Assembly (NCBI RefSeq): GCF_002154695.1
Contig: NZ_MTAV01000014.1
Span: 43,880-75,879, forward strand
DNA length: 32,000 nucleotides
Origin: Nostoc sp. T09
GTDB lineage: Bacteria > Cyanobacteriota > Cyanobacteriia > Cyanobacteriales > Nostocaceae
Direction: 5' to 3'
The position numbers were made by a program, and so were the translations under genes. Shown piece after piece: positions 9,382 through 17,796 of the stretch. The notes under the pieces are model-generated. The model was not told the DNA's origin and searched no databases. It was given only the letters and a program-made list of their open reading frames with translations. Numbering within the stretch: position 1 is the first letter of the stretch; each line of letters opens with the position of its first letter.

Positions 9382-11198
9382 TGACTCAACAGATATCTAA
9401 TACAATTTCTATTCATCCTACTTTATATGGACAATTAGAAGTAGATTGGAATAAAGAATATCAAGGTGAATTTATTTGCCCCAATTGTCAGAAAACCAAT
9501 CTGAAGAAAACTTCCTATAAAGAAAATTCAATATGTAAACTTAGATTTATTTGTAATACCTGCAATAAACGGATCTCTCTGACTTGTCTAGTTCCTGCCT
9601 TTATTTACAAATACCGCTCTGATATAGAATGTCCCAACCCACTTTGTACTCAATTAGGACATGATGGGCAAAAAGGATGGATATATACAATAAGAAATAT
9701 ATATGAACAGTGTAAATGTCGCTATTGCGGTGTTGGCTTTGAGCCTCAATCAACTGCCGCATCAAGCTGGGTTAATAGGACAACGGAAGGTCAATTATTA
9801 CCTTTTTGTTTTGAGGATGACATTTGGTATTTAAGACATTTCTACGATAATCCTTTTCCGCAATCAATTAGTTTTCAAAACATATCGCCGCAATGGTATC
9901 TATTAGAAGTTAAAAAATATATTCAATATTTACTCAAATCTAGAGTGTATTCTTCACCATCAGGAGTTAGACATACTCTAACAAATTTAAAGCAATTTGG
10001 AAAAATTCTAGACACTTATAAAATAAAACAAACTGCTGATATCAGTCGCGAAGCTGTACTCAGATTTTTAGATAATTACAAAAATTGCGATAACAAAACA
10101 ATCAATCATAAATTAAGCTACATAAAATCTTTTTTTGAATGGTTAGAACTTGATGCATCACACCTAATTCGTAGCCGTGATTACCTTAAAGAATCAAAAA
10201 ATGATGCTGACTGGTTGGATGAAGTAACGCGCACATCTATTAAAGAACATTTGTCGAAAATTCCTGCACCTATTGCTCGCCATTACCTGGTACAGGAGTA
10301 CACTGCTGCTCGTCCAGGAGATATTTGCCAATTAATTTTTGATTGCTTAGTAGAGGAAAATAGCAAATGGTATATCAAATTCTATCAACATAAAACTAAG
10401 CGTTGGCATCAAGTACCTGCTACCCGTGAAATTAGGCAATTAATTGAGGAACAACAACAATGGATAAGACAAGAAATTGGTCTAGAATATTCATATTTAT
10501 TTTGTCATTTCAGGAATATCAGGATCAAAAATTACCCTACTTTTACTACTATGAAGCCTTTGCCAATACCACCTCCGTTAACTATAAATGATAATAGGAT
10601 GGTAGCCATTATTCGTTTACTGATAGAAAAAGAAGACATCCGTGATGCTAATGGGCAGAGACCCCACTTCACAGGTAAAATCACTCGCCATAACAGGTTA
10701 CAAGAAGTACGAGTAAAACATGGTATTGAAGCTGCTCAACTTTATGCTGACCATGTTAGAAGTACTACTACTTTTCAAAACTATACACCTCCTACTAGAG
10801 AACAAGTAGCAGCAGTAGACTTGCCTTTTCAGGAACTGTTAATGAACCTGGATAACAAGTTCCTCCCTTGGCAATCTTTGCCAGAAAGCCTACTCAACAA
10901 CCCTAAAGCACACGAACTCGATCTCGAAATTGCACCACGCTTAGTGGTCTATGGACACTGTGCCCTCGACCCGAAAACGCCCTGTCCTGTTAATCTTTAC
11001 CCCAAATGCTATGGCTGTTCCAGTTTTCGCCCTAGCACTGGTAAATTACCTCTCTATGAACGTCAATATAACGGAGAACAACAAAGACTAACTGAAGCAG
11101 AACAAGCTGGTGCAGAATTAGCAAAAGAAGAAGCCAAAGCCACCATCGAGGCGATGGATAAATGGCTACCAGAACTAAGAAATTTAGCACATGGCTAA
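9381..11198 (+). CDS. Large tyrosine recombinase, third of three, with N-terminal zinc-ribbon-like Cys pairs
   Basis: The start overlaps the upstream stop (TAATG). N-terminal Cys pairs are CPNCQK...CNTCNK and CPNPLC...CRYCG. The catalytic-domain candidates are TAARPGDICQL (Arg), KITRHNR (K-x-x-R-H) and ADHVRSTTTFQNY (His...Tyr). There is a C-terminal Cys cluster CALDPKTPCPVNLYPKCYGC. Confidence 0.7.
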   Translation: MTQQISNTISIHPTLYGQLEVDWNKEYQGEFICPNCQKTNLKKTSYKENSICKLRFICNTCNKRISLTCLVPAFIYKYRSDIECPNPLCTQLGHDGQKGWIYTIRNIYEQCKCRYCGVGFEPQSTAASSWVNRTTEGQLLPFCFEDDIWYLRHFYDNPFPQSISFQNISPQWYLLEVKKYIQYLLKSRVYSSPSGVRHTLTNLKQFGKILDTYKIKQTADISREAVLRFLDNYKNCDNKTINHKLSYIKSFFEWLELDASHLIRSRDYLKESKNDADWLDEVTRTSIKEHLSKIPAPIARHYLVQEYTAARPGDICQLIFDCLVEENSKWYIKFYQHKTKRWHQVPATREIRQLIEEQQQWIRQEIGLEYSYLFCHFRNIRIKNYPTFTTMKPLPIPPPLTINDNRMVAIIRLLIEKEDIRDANGQRPHFTGKITRHNRLQEVRVKHGIEAAQLYADHVRSTTTFQNYTPPTREQVAAVDLPFQELLMNLDNKFLPWQSLPESLLNNPKAHELDLEIAPRLVVYGHCALDPKTPCPVNLYPKCYGCSSFRPSTGKLPLYERQYNGEQQRLTEAEQAGAELAKEEAKATIEAMDKWLPELRNLAHG

Positions 11199-12072
11199 AA
11201 AACATAATCGCGATAAACAAGCTGAAGTTCTGCGTCGTACTCAAGCTCAAAGAAAGGAACAAAAAAAAGAACAAGTATTAAAAGCTATTAAAGTAATACT
11301 TGATCAAAAACAGCCATTGACATTTGCAAAGATTGCTAATGTTTCTGGCTGTTCTATTTCTTATCTCTATAAATGGGATGAGATTAAGGCATATATCCAC
11401 GAACTTCAACAGGAAAAGGAGACTAAACTAAATCCCTTAGAAGAAAAAGACCCAAGACCCCATAGCCTTAAAACTCTACATGAAGTTGCTAGGCAAAGAA
11501 TTAGAGAACTGGAAGCGGAGATTAGGGAACTCAAACACCAGAATGAAAAACTCAGAGGTCATGTCGCAGAAATCTATGAACTTAAAGATGAGTGCGATCG
11601 CCTACGATCGCAGTTACGAGAGAAAGCTTCTGCTGATTCATCGACAAAGATAATTTCCTTAAGAATAAATAAACCTGAGACAAGTTCCTCTACACCTGAT
11701 ATACCTAAACCCAGTGAAGTTCATACTGCTGATATTCAACTAGAAGACTCGGATATCTTTCAATTAATTAACGAAATGGGGATTAAGATGAATTCAAAAC
11801 TAAAGCAAGAAATAGCAAGTCGTGAATATCATAAAGTTAAGTTATCAATTGAAGCTTTTCAAGAGTATCGTAGTAAAACTGATATAGAGAATCCTGCTGC
11901 TTGCTTACTAACCATGATACGTGATGAAGCAAAGCCTAATATCCCCGAAGGATCGACACTTAAACCATCAAGTAAATCTTCAGTTGCTATGCATAATAAT
12001 CAAAAAAAATTAATTTCTCACGATAAGCTCAAACAACTTAGCAAGTTATTTAACGAAAAGAATGAAGAGTAA
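11191..12072 (+). CDS. HTH plus coiled-coil accessory protein of the recombinase module, in the position of ginD/tnpC
   Basis: It overlaps the upstream gene by 8 nt and the downstream dcm by 11 nt. Features are a basic N-terminus, a probable HTH (LTFAKIANVSGCSISYLYKW) and a heptad-rich stretch (IRELEAEIRELKHQNEKLRGHVAEIYELKDECDRLRSQLRE). The function is inferred from position only. Confidence 0.45.
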   Translation: MAKKHNRDKQAEVLRRTQAQRKEQKKEQVLKAIKVILDQKQPLTFAKIANVSGCSISYLYKWDEIKAYIHELQQEKETKLNPLEEKDPRPHSLKTLHEVARQRIRELEAEIRELKHQNEKLRGHVAEIYELKDECDRLRSQLREKASADSSTKIISLRINKPETSSSTPDIPKPSEVHTADIQLEDSDIFQLINEMGIKMNSKLKQEIASREYHKVKLSIEAFQEYRSKTDIENPAACLLTMIRDEAKPNIPEGSTLKPSSKSSVAMHNNQKKLISHDKLKQLSKLFNEKNEE

Positions 12073-13339
12073 GCTAAAAAGACCAATAGCAATAGATCTA
12101 TTTGCTGGTGCGGGAGGGCTAAGTTTAGGATTTGAGCAAGCTGGATTTGATGTAAAAGCTGCTGTTGAAATCGATCCAGTTCATGCTGCTGTTCATAAGT
12201 TTAATTTTCCTTATTGCGTTGTATTACCTTGTTCGATCACTGAGTTATCAGGGAAAGATATTCGAGAAAGAAGTGGAATTGGCAACCAAAATATAGAAAT
12301 TATTATTTCTGGGTCTCCCTGCCAAGGTTACTCCTATATGGGTCGTCGAGTATTAGACGATCCAAGAAATTTTTTAGTAAAAGATTTTATAAGATTAGTC
12401 TTAGAGCTAAAGCCTTCTTATTTCGTTTTTGAAAACGTCAAAGGTTTTACAGTTAGTAAATATCAATCATTTTTAGATGAATTAATTGAAACTTTCAGTA
12501 ATAATAATTATCAAATCTGTTTACCCTGGAAAGTCCTTAATGCTGCTTATTATGGAATACCACAAAAGAGAGAAAGACTATTTCTAATTGGTGCAAAGAA
12601 AGGTTGTGTCTTGCCTGAGTATCCTGCTCCATGTAGCCAACCACTTTTTGCAAAGTTAGCCAATCCTATCTTACCTCCTACTCCATCTTGTTGGGATGCC
12701 CTCAAAGATTTACCAGAAGCAGAAGAATTTGAGGAATTACTATATAGTGATTGCGTAGAAACGGGACAATGGAGCAATCCCAGCCACTATGGGCGAGAAA
12801 TGAGATGTTTAGATGATAGTAGCTGGCATTTTGGCTATAGGAGAAATTGGAATCCCTTTCTTTTGACTTCTAGCATAAGAACTAATCATTCGCCAATCTC
12901 ACGAGCTAGATTTCATGCCACAGTACAGGGAAAGAAAGAACCTGTTTCTCACTTCTTCAAATTGGCACAAGATGGCATAGCTAATACCTTAAGGGCAGGA
13001 ACTGATGCTGCTCATGGCTCACACACATCTCCAAGACCTATTCATTACAGTAGTCCTCGCTGTATTACTGTACGAGAAATGGCACGATTACATGGGTTTC
13101 CTGATTGGTTTCGTTTTCACATCACAAAATGGCATGGTGCGAGACAGGTAGGAAATTCAGTTCCGCCACCATTGGCGAGAGCAATTGGTACAGAAATTAT
13201 GAAATGTTTGGGAATGAATCCAACTACTCCTGAAGATGTTTTGGATCTGGGAGATCCCAAACTTTTATCAATGACTATGAAACAAGCTGCAAATTATTGG
13301 CAGCTTACTATACCAACTAAAGATATTATCAATGTCTAA
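12062..13339 (+). CDS. dcm: DNA (cytosine-5)-methyltransferase, intact
   Basis: All key m5C-MTase motifs are present: I DLFAGAGGLSLGF, IV GSPCQGYS, VI ENVKG, VIII QKRERLFLIG, IX TVREMARLHGFPDWF and X GNSVPPPLA. Confidence 0.9.
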   Translation: MKSKLKRPIAIDLFAGAGGLSLGFEQAGFDVKAAVEIDPVHAAVHKFNFPYCVVLPCSITELSGKDIRERSGIGNQNIEIIISGSPCQGYSYMGRRVLDDPRNFLVKDFIRLVLELKPSYFVFENVKGFTVSKYQSFLDELIETFSNNNYQICLPWKVLNAAYYGIPQKRERLFLIGAKKGCVLPEYPAPCSQPLFAKLANPILPPTPSCWDALKDLPEAEEFEELLYSDCVETGQWSNPSHYGREMRCLDDSSWHFGYRRNWNPFLLTSSIRTNHSPISRARFHATVQGKKEPVSHFFKLAQDGIANTLRAGTDAAHGSHTSPRPIHYSSPRCITVREMARLHGFPDWFRFHITKWHGARQVGNSVPPPLARAIGTEIMKCLGMNPTTPEDVLDLGDPKLLSMTMKQAANYWQLTIPTKDIINV

Positions 13340-14645
13340 GAGTAACCAGTTTTTAGGAAACTTAGAAGCAGAAGAAGCCATACTAGGGGGTATCTTACTT
13401 GACCCTAATGCTATTAGCATAGTTGCTAATATTCTTCCTGTAGAGGCTTTTGGTACTCATGGTAATCAACAAATTTATAAGGCAGCTTTAGAGTTATATC
13501 AAAATAATAAGCAAACAGATTTAATGACTATTTCTACTTGGTTGTCAGACCATAAAGTATTAGAAAAAATAGGAGGTAATAATAAACTATCTCAACTTCT
13601 TACCCGTACTGTATCAGCAGTAAATATAGACCATTATGCTGCCCTAGTACTGGATAAATACCAACGCCGTCAATTAGTAGCAGTAGGACATACCATAGTT
13701 GATTTAGGTTGCGATACTAGCATTGAATTAGAACAAGTATTTGAGCAATCTGAACAAAAACTATTTAATCTCACAACTAACAAGAAAGCTAGATTTCAAC
13801 CCAAACCTATTCATGAGTGTTTAGCTAATGTCCTGAATAAGATAGAGCAAGGTTCATCTCCTGCTTATCCTACGGGTTTAGTAGACTTAGATGCTCTCAT
13901 TGGTGGCTTAATTAAACAAGACTTGATTGTGGTTGCTGCTAGACCATCTATGGGTAAAAGCTGGTTCGGCTGTTATCTGACTAATTATATTGCAAGCAGT
14001 ATTCAGAAGCCAGTATTGTTCTTTAGTGCAGAGATGTCTGAGGAACAACTGACTAAAAGATTCCTCTCTATGCACACAGGTATTGATTCCCAAAGACTCA
14101 TGCACAATCAAATTTATGAGGAGGAATATGATTCTTTAGTACAAGGTTTATCTAATCTAGGTAAACTGCCCATTATCATTGATGATACTCCAGCAAGTGA
14201 ATTAACTCCCACTAAAATTCGTTCTGCACTTCGTAGAATAGAATCTGAAAGAGGAGAGTTAGGATTAGTAGTATTAGACTACATTCAAAAGCTTGGAGAT
14301 AGAGCAGCAGGTAATAGAGCGCAAGCAATTGGTAAATATTGTGGTGCTTGTAAGGATATTGCTAAAACCTTCAATGTCCCATTTGTAGTTCTGGCTCAAA
14401 TTAATCGTGGTGTAGAAGGTCAAAGTAATAAACGTCCTTCTATGGCTGATATAAAGGACTCTGGCGATATTGAACAGGACATGGACTTAGGACTACTACT
14501 TTATCGAGATGAATATTACAACTCGAATACTAGCGATCAAGGAATTATGGAGATAATAGTCGCTAAAAATAGAAATGGTATAACAGATACTTGTAAGGTG
14601 GTGTTTGACCCTAGTATTGGTAACTTCTCTGATTACAAAAATTAG
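13332..14645 (+). CDS. DnaB-family replicative DNA helicase, element-borne paralogue
   Basis: It has a DnaB N-terminal domain (EAEEAILGGILLDP), Walker A ARPSMGKSWF, Walker B LVVLDYIQ and LAQINRGVE...DIKDSGDIEQDMD. It overlaps the dcm stop by 8 nt. No intein is present. Confidence 0.85.
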   Translation: MSKSNQFLGNLEAEEAILGGILLDPNAISIVANILPVEAFGTHGNQQIYKAALELYQNNKQTDLMTISTWLSDHKVLEKIGGNNKLSQLLTRTVSAVNIDHYAALVLDKYQRRQLVAVGHTIVDLGCDTSIELEQVFEQSEQKLFNLTTNKKARFQPKPIHECLANVLNKIEQGSSPAYPTGLVDLDALIGGLIKQDLIVVAARPSMGKSWFGCYLTNYIASSIQKPVLFFSAEMSEEQLTKRFLSMHTGIDSQRLMHNQIYEEEYDSLVQGLSNLGKLPIIIDDTPASELTPTKIRSALRRIESERGELGLVVLDYIQKLGDRAAGNRAQAIGKYCGACKDIAKTFNVPFVVLAQINRGVEGQSNKRPSMADIKDSGDIEQDMDLGLLLYRDEYYNSNTSDQGIMEIIVAKNRNGITDTCKVVFDPSIGNFSDYKN

Positions 14646-14784
14646 CTAAATCATGAAACTGTAGGATTTAATGTGGAAGTCACCCAGTACAAGAGTAAAA
14701 GCGATCGCATCCCATAATCTTTTCTTTCCCTCACGCGAGCCAATTTTTACAAAATAATTCTATTTATTGGAAGACTGTCAGTCT

Positions 14785-17700
14785 TTAGCTAGCATCTTGT
14801 GTCAACCTATGATATACCTTCTCTAGTATCCAGTCCTTCACTGCTCCGCCAAATTCTTTGTCATCTATAATTTTCGCAAATATATCTTGGTTTAAATCCA
14901 TGCGCTCAATCAGTTTTGTGAGAAAAATATCCTCAAATCCATATTTGAAGTTCTGAATTGAGTTGCTTTTAGCTTGTTGTGATAGTACTTCATCTTGAAC
15001 TAATGCTTCCTCAATTTGGCTAAAAAAGTATTTATCTGCTTCCGTAAAATCGGTACGAAATCTTTGGTTGAGGATGTCTATAATTTCTGAGAGTTTAGCT
15101 TGTGTCTCTTTTTCTCTAGGTATGCCAGCTTCAGTTATTGGTTGCAGATGTGATTCTGCATTTTTTTCTAAGACAATTCTACCTTCTCTGATTTTTTGTA
15201 ATCGATAATATTCCAGTGCAACTTCATCAGTGAGTTTAAAAACTTCGCTTTGGCTGCGTTTTGGTAATTTAGTTTGCAGTAGACGAGCAAAAGCATAGAA
15301 TTTTTCTAGTTCTTCATCTGCAAAGGGCATAATCTGGGACAAGAAAGCATATAGCCTGATGAATGTAGTTAAACTATTTTTAAATTCATCTTGTTGTTCT
15401 TCGCCTAATGCCTTAAAACGGTCAACAGCAGGATCAACTAGGGAATGAAGCCTACTGTGATCTTGCTTGTTTGTCTTTTCCTGAGATTTAAAAAATACCT
15501 GCGTGAAAGCATCTACATCGCTATTCCAAATGATTTGGTAGCTATCTAGCCTATTTTTTAAGTCATATAGTCGGTTAGGATCTGTGGTTGATGCTAGTGT
15601 AGTTTGTTCATAATAAAGCTGGAAAGCATCAATAATTTCTTGCTCTGAATTAGCAAAATCTAAAACAAAGGTATCTTCTTTGCCTGAAAAAGTGCGATTC
15701 AAGCGAGATAAAGTTTGTACGGCTTTGACTCCAGACAGTTTTTTATCCACGTACATGGTGTGTAACAATGGCTGGTCAAAACCAGTTTGATACTTGTCTG
15801 CGACAATCAAGAGTTGATATTCACCAGACTCAAACTTTTCCGGTAATTCCCGTTCACCAAAACCGTTGAGATCATATTCAGTGTATTTAATAGCTGTTTC
15901 TCGATCAGTGAAACTGGTAAAAGCTACCAATGCTTTGATATCAACATAACCTTGCTTTCTTAAATAGTTATCAAATTCTTCTTTATAGCGCACTACGTGA
16001 GGACGAGAAGCAGTAACTACCATTGCCTTTGCTTTTCCACCAATTTTGTGCATGACGCATTGGCGAAAATGTTCGATGATCACTTCAGTTTTTTGAGCTA
16101 AGTTATGTGGATGCAGAGATAAAAACCTGGCTATAGCCCGACTTGCTTTCTTCGCATTAATTTTAGGGTCATCTGCGATCGCTTTAGAAATTTGGAAATA
16201 AGTTTTATAGGTTGTGTAATTCTGCAACACATCCATAATGAACCCTTCTTCAATTGCTTGGCGCATGGAATACAAATGAAAGGGTTCTGGAAGACCTTGG
16301 GCATTAATTTGACCAAATTCTTCCAAGGTTTTTTGCTTTGGTGTGGCAGTGAAAGCAAAGAAGCTCAAGTTCGGTTGTTTACCACGAATATGCATCTCTT
16401 TGCGGATATTGTCTTCAATATCTTCTTCTTCTGTCATGCTTTCCTCTTTAGCTGAACGGCTGAGGTCATTGACAGAAAGGACTTCTTTCATTTTCTTGGA
16501 TGCTTCGCCACTTTGAGAACTATGGGCTTCATCCACTATTAAAGCGTAATTGCGTTTTGGTAGTTGGGCAATGTTGTTTTTTTCTAAGATTTCCCGAATC
16601 TTATCCAAGACGAAAGGAAATTTTTGCAAGGTAGTAATAACAATATTAGTTCCAGAAACCAAAGCTTCGGCTAGTTGGGTAGAGTTTTTATCAATTTTTT
16701 GCACAACACCTTGCTTATGCTCAAATTGATAAATTGTGTCTTGTAGCTGCTGATCTAGTACCCTCCTATCAGTGATAACGATGACTAAATCAAAAACTCG
16801 CTCATTTTGGTTGTTGTATAAACTAGCAAGTTGATATGCTAACCAGGCAATGGAGTTACTTTTGCCACTACCAGCAGAATGCTGAATTAGGTAATCATGT
16901 CCTGGTCCCTTAACTTTTGCATCTGCGGTCAACTTGCGAACCACATCTAATTGGTGAAATCGAGGGAATATAAGGGTTTCTTTTTTGGCGGATTTACCAT
17001 TGAGTTTAATGTTTTGCTGCTCAAGGTGCAAAAAACGACCCACGATGTCTAGCCAACTGTCTTTCGCCCATATATCTTCCCAGAGATAGGCGGTTTTGTA
17101 GCCGTTGGGGTTGGGAGGGTTGCCTGCACCTTTGTTGAAGCCTTTGTTGAATGGTAGAAAGCGGGTATTACTACCTTCAATGCGGGTAGTCATCCAGACT
17201 TCATCCGGGTCTACAGCAAAATGTACCAAAGTACGACGCTTAAATTGAAATAATAAATCTCGGTTATCCCGGTCTTGGATATACTGGCGCTTGGCTTTAT
17301 CTACATCTTGTCTGGTAAATTGGTTTTTTAGTTCTACTGTGGCGACTGGCAAACCATTGATACTTAACAGTAGATCTATTGAGTTTCCATGTTGATCACT
17401 GTAGTGTACCTGACGAGTTACTGTGAGGATATTTTGGTTATAAAGTACTAGAGTATCGGGGTTTAGTCCACTTGCGGGTTTGAAGAATGCTAATTTGAAG
17501 CGTACACTGTAGTCAATGATACCATATCGCAGTACATCTAACATCCCACGATTATTCAATTCTTGATACAGCCTTTGCATGAACTTAGGTTCAACCTCAG
17601 CACCATGAATGTCTGTCAGATGTTGCCATGCTTCCATCTGAGAAGTTTGAATAAACCTCAGTAGAGTGGCTTGATCGAGTGCTAGTTCTTGAATAAAATT

Positions 17701-17796
17701 GCTAGCATACCCTTCTTCATAGCCACCATTACTTAATAAGCTGGCAATGATTGCATTTTCAAAAGCTTTTTCGGTTGTCTGAACAGTTGCAGTCAT
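14785..17796 (-). CDS. hsdR: Type I restriction enzyme R subunit (HsdR)
   Basis: The protein is 1003 aa. SF2 helicase motifs are QHSAGSGKSNS (I), IVDEAHSSQ (II, DEAH), FTATP (III) and QTLSRLNR (VI). There is an N-terminal nuclease-type region. The start overlaps the upstream stop (ATGA). Confidence 0.9.
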   Translation of the reverse strand: MTATVQTTEKAFENAIIASLLSNGGYEEGYASNFIQELALDQATLLRFIQTSQMEAWQHLTDIHGAEVEPKFMQRLYQELNNRGMLDVLRYGIIDYSVRFKLAFFKPASGLNPDTLVLYNQNILTVTRQVHYSDQHGNSIDLLLSINGLPVATVELKNQFTRQDVDKAKRQYIQDRDNRDLLFQFKRRTLVHFAVDPDEVWMTTRIEGSNTRFLPFNKGFNKGAGNPPNPNGYKTAYLWEDIWAKDSWLDIVGRFLHLEQQNIKLNGKSAKKETLIFPRFHQLDVVRKLTADAKVKGPGHDYLIQHSAGSGKSNSIAWLAYQLASLYNNQNERVFDLVIVITDRRVLDQQLQDTIYQFEHKQGVVQKIDKNSTQLAEALVSGTNIVITTLQKFPFVLDKIREILEKNNIAQLPKRNYALIVDEAHSSQSGEASKKMKEVLSVNDLSRSAKEESMTEEEDIEDNIRKEMHIRGKQPNLSFFAFTATPKQKTLEEFGQINAQGLPEPFHLYSMRQAIEEGFIMDVLQNYTTYKTYFQISKAIADDPKINAKKASRAIARFLSLHPHNLAQKTEVIIEHFRQCVMHKIGGKAKAMVVTASRPHVVRYKEEFDNYLRKQGYVDIKALVAFTSFTDRETAIKYTEYDLNGFGERELPEKFESGEYQLLIVADKYQTGFDQPLLHTMYVDKKLSGVKAVQTLSRLNRTFSGKEDTFVLDFANSEQEIIDAFQLYYEQTTLASTTDPNRLYDLKNRLDSYQIIWNSDVDAFTQVFFKSQEKTNKQDHSRLHSLVDPAVDRFKALGEEQQDEFKNSLTTFIRLYAFLSQIMPFADEELEKFYAFARLLQTKLPKRSQSEVFKLTDEVALEYYRLQKIREGRIVLEKNAESHLQPITEAGIPREKETQAKLSEIIDILNQRFRTDFTEADKYFFSQIEEALVQDEVLSQQAKSNSIQNFKYGFEDIFLTKLIERMDLNQDIFAKIIDDKEFGGAVKDWILEKVYHRLTQDAS

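Larger units (their letters stand above)
6720..14681 (+). mobile_element. Putative integrative element with a three-tyrosine-recombinase module (GInt/Tn554-like) plus dcm and dnaB-like cargo. The left end is well defined and the right end is tentative.
   Basis: The homology break in the host dcm falls at 6720/6721. Six co-directional genes have overlapping or abutting boundaries. GC is visibly lower than in the lpx genes. By eye there is one HIP1 site inside, against roughly one per kb in the flanks. An imperfect direct repeat is present: TGTGGGAGTC (6710-6719) / TGTGGAAGTC (14672-14681). Confidence 0.55.

Noticed and set aside
6720-14681. A heterocyst-specific, developmentally excised element (nifD/fdxN/hupL-type) interrupting a gene
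   Set aside because: Those elements interrupt genes needed in heterocysts, and excision restores the gene because both halves are retained. Here the interrupted gene is a dcm, no matching host 3' half is present, and the element carries its own intact copy. Not formally excluded.
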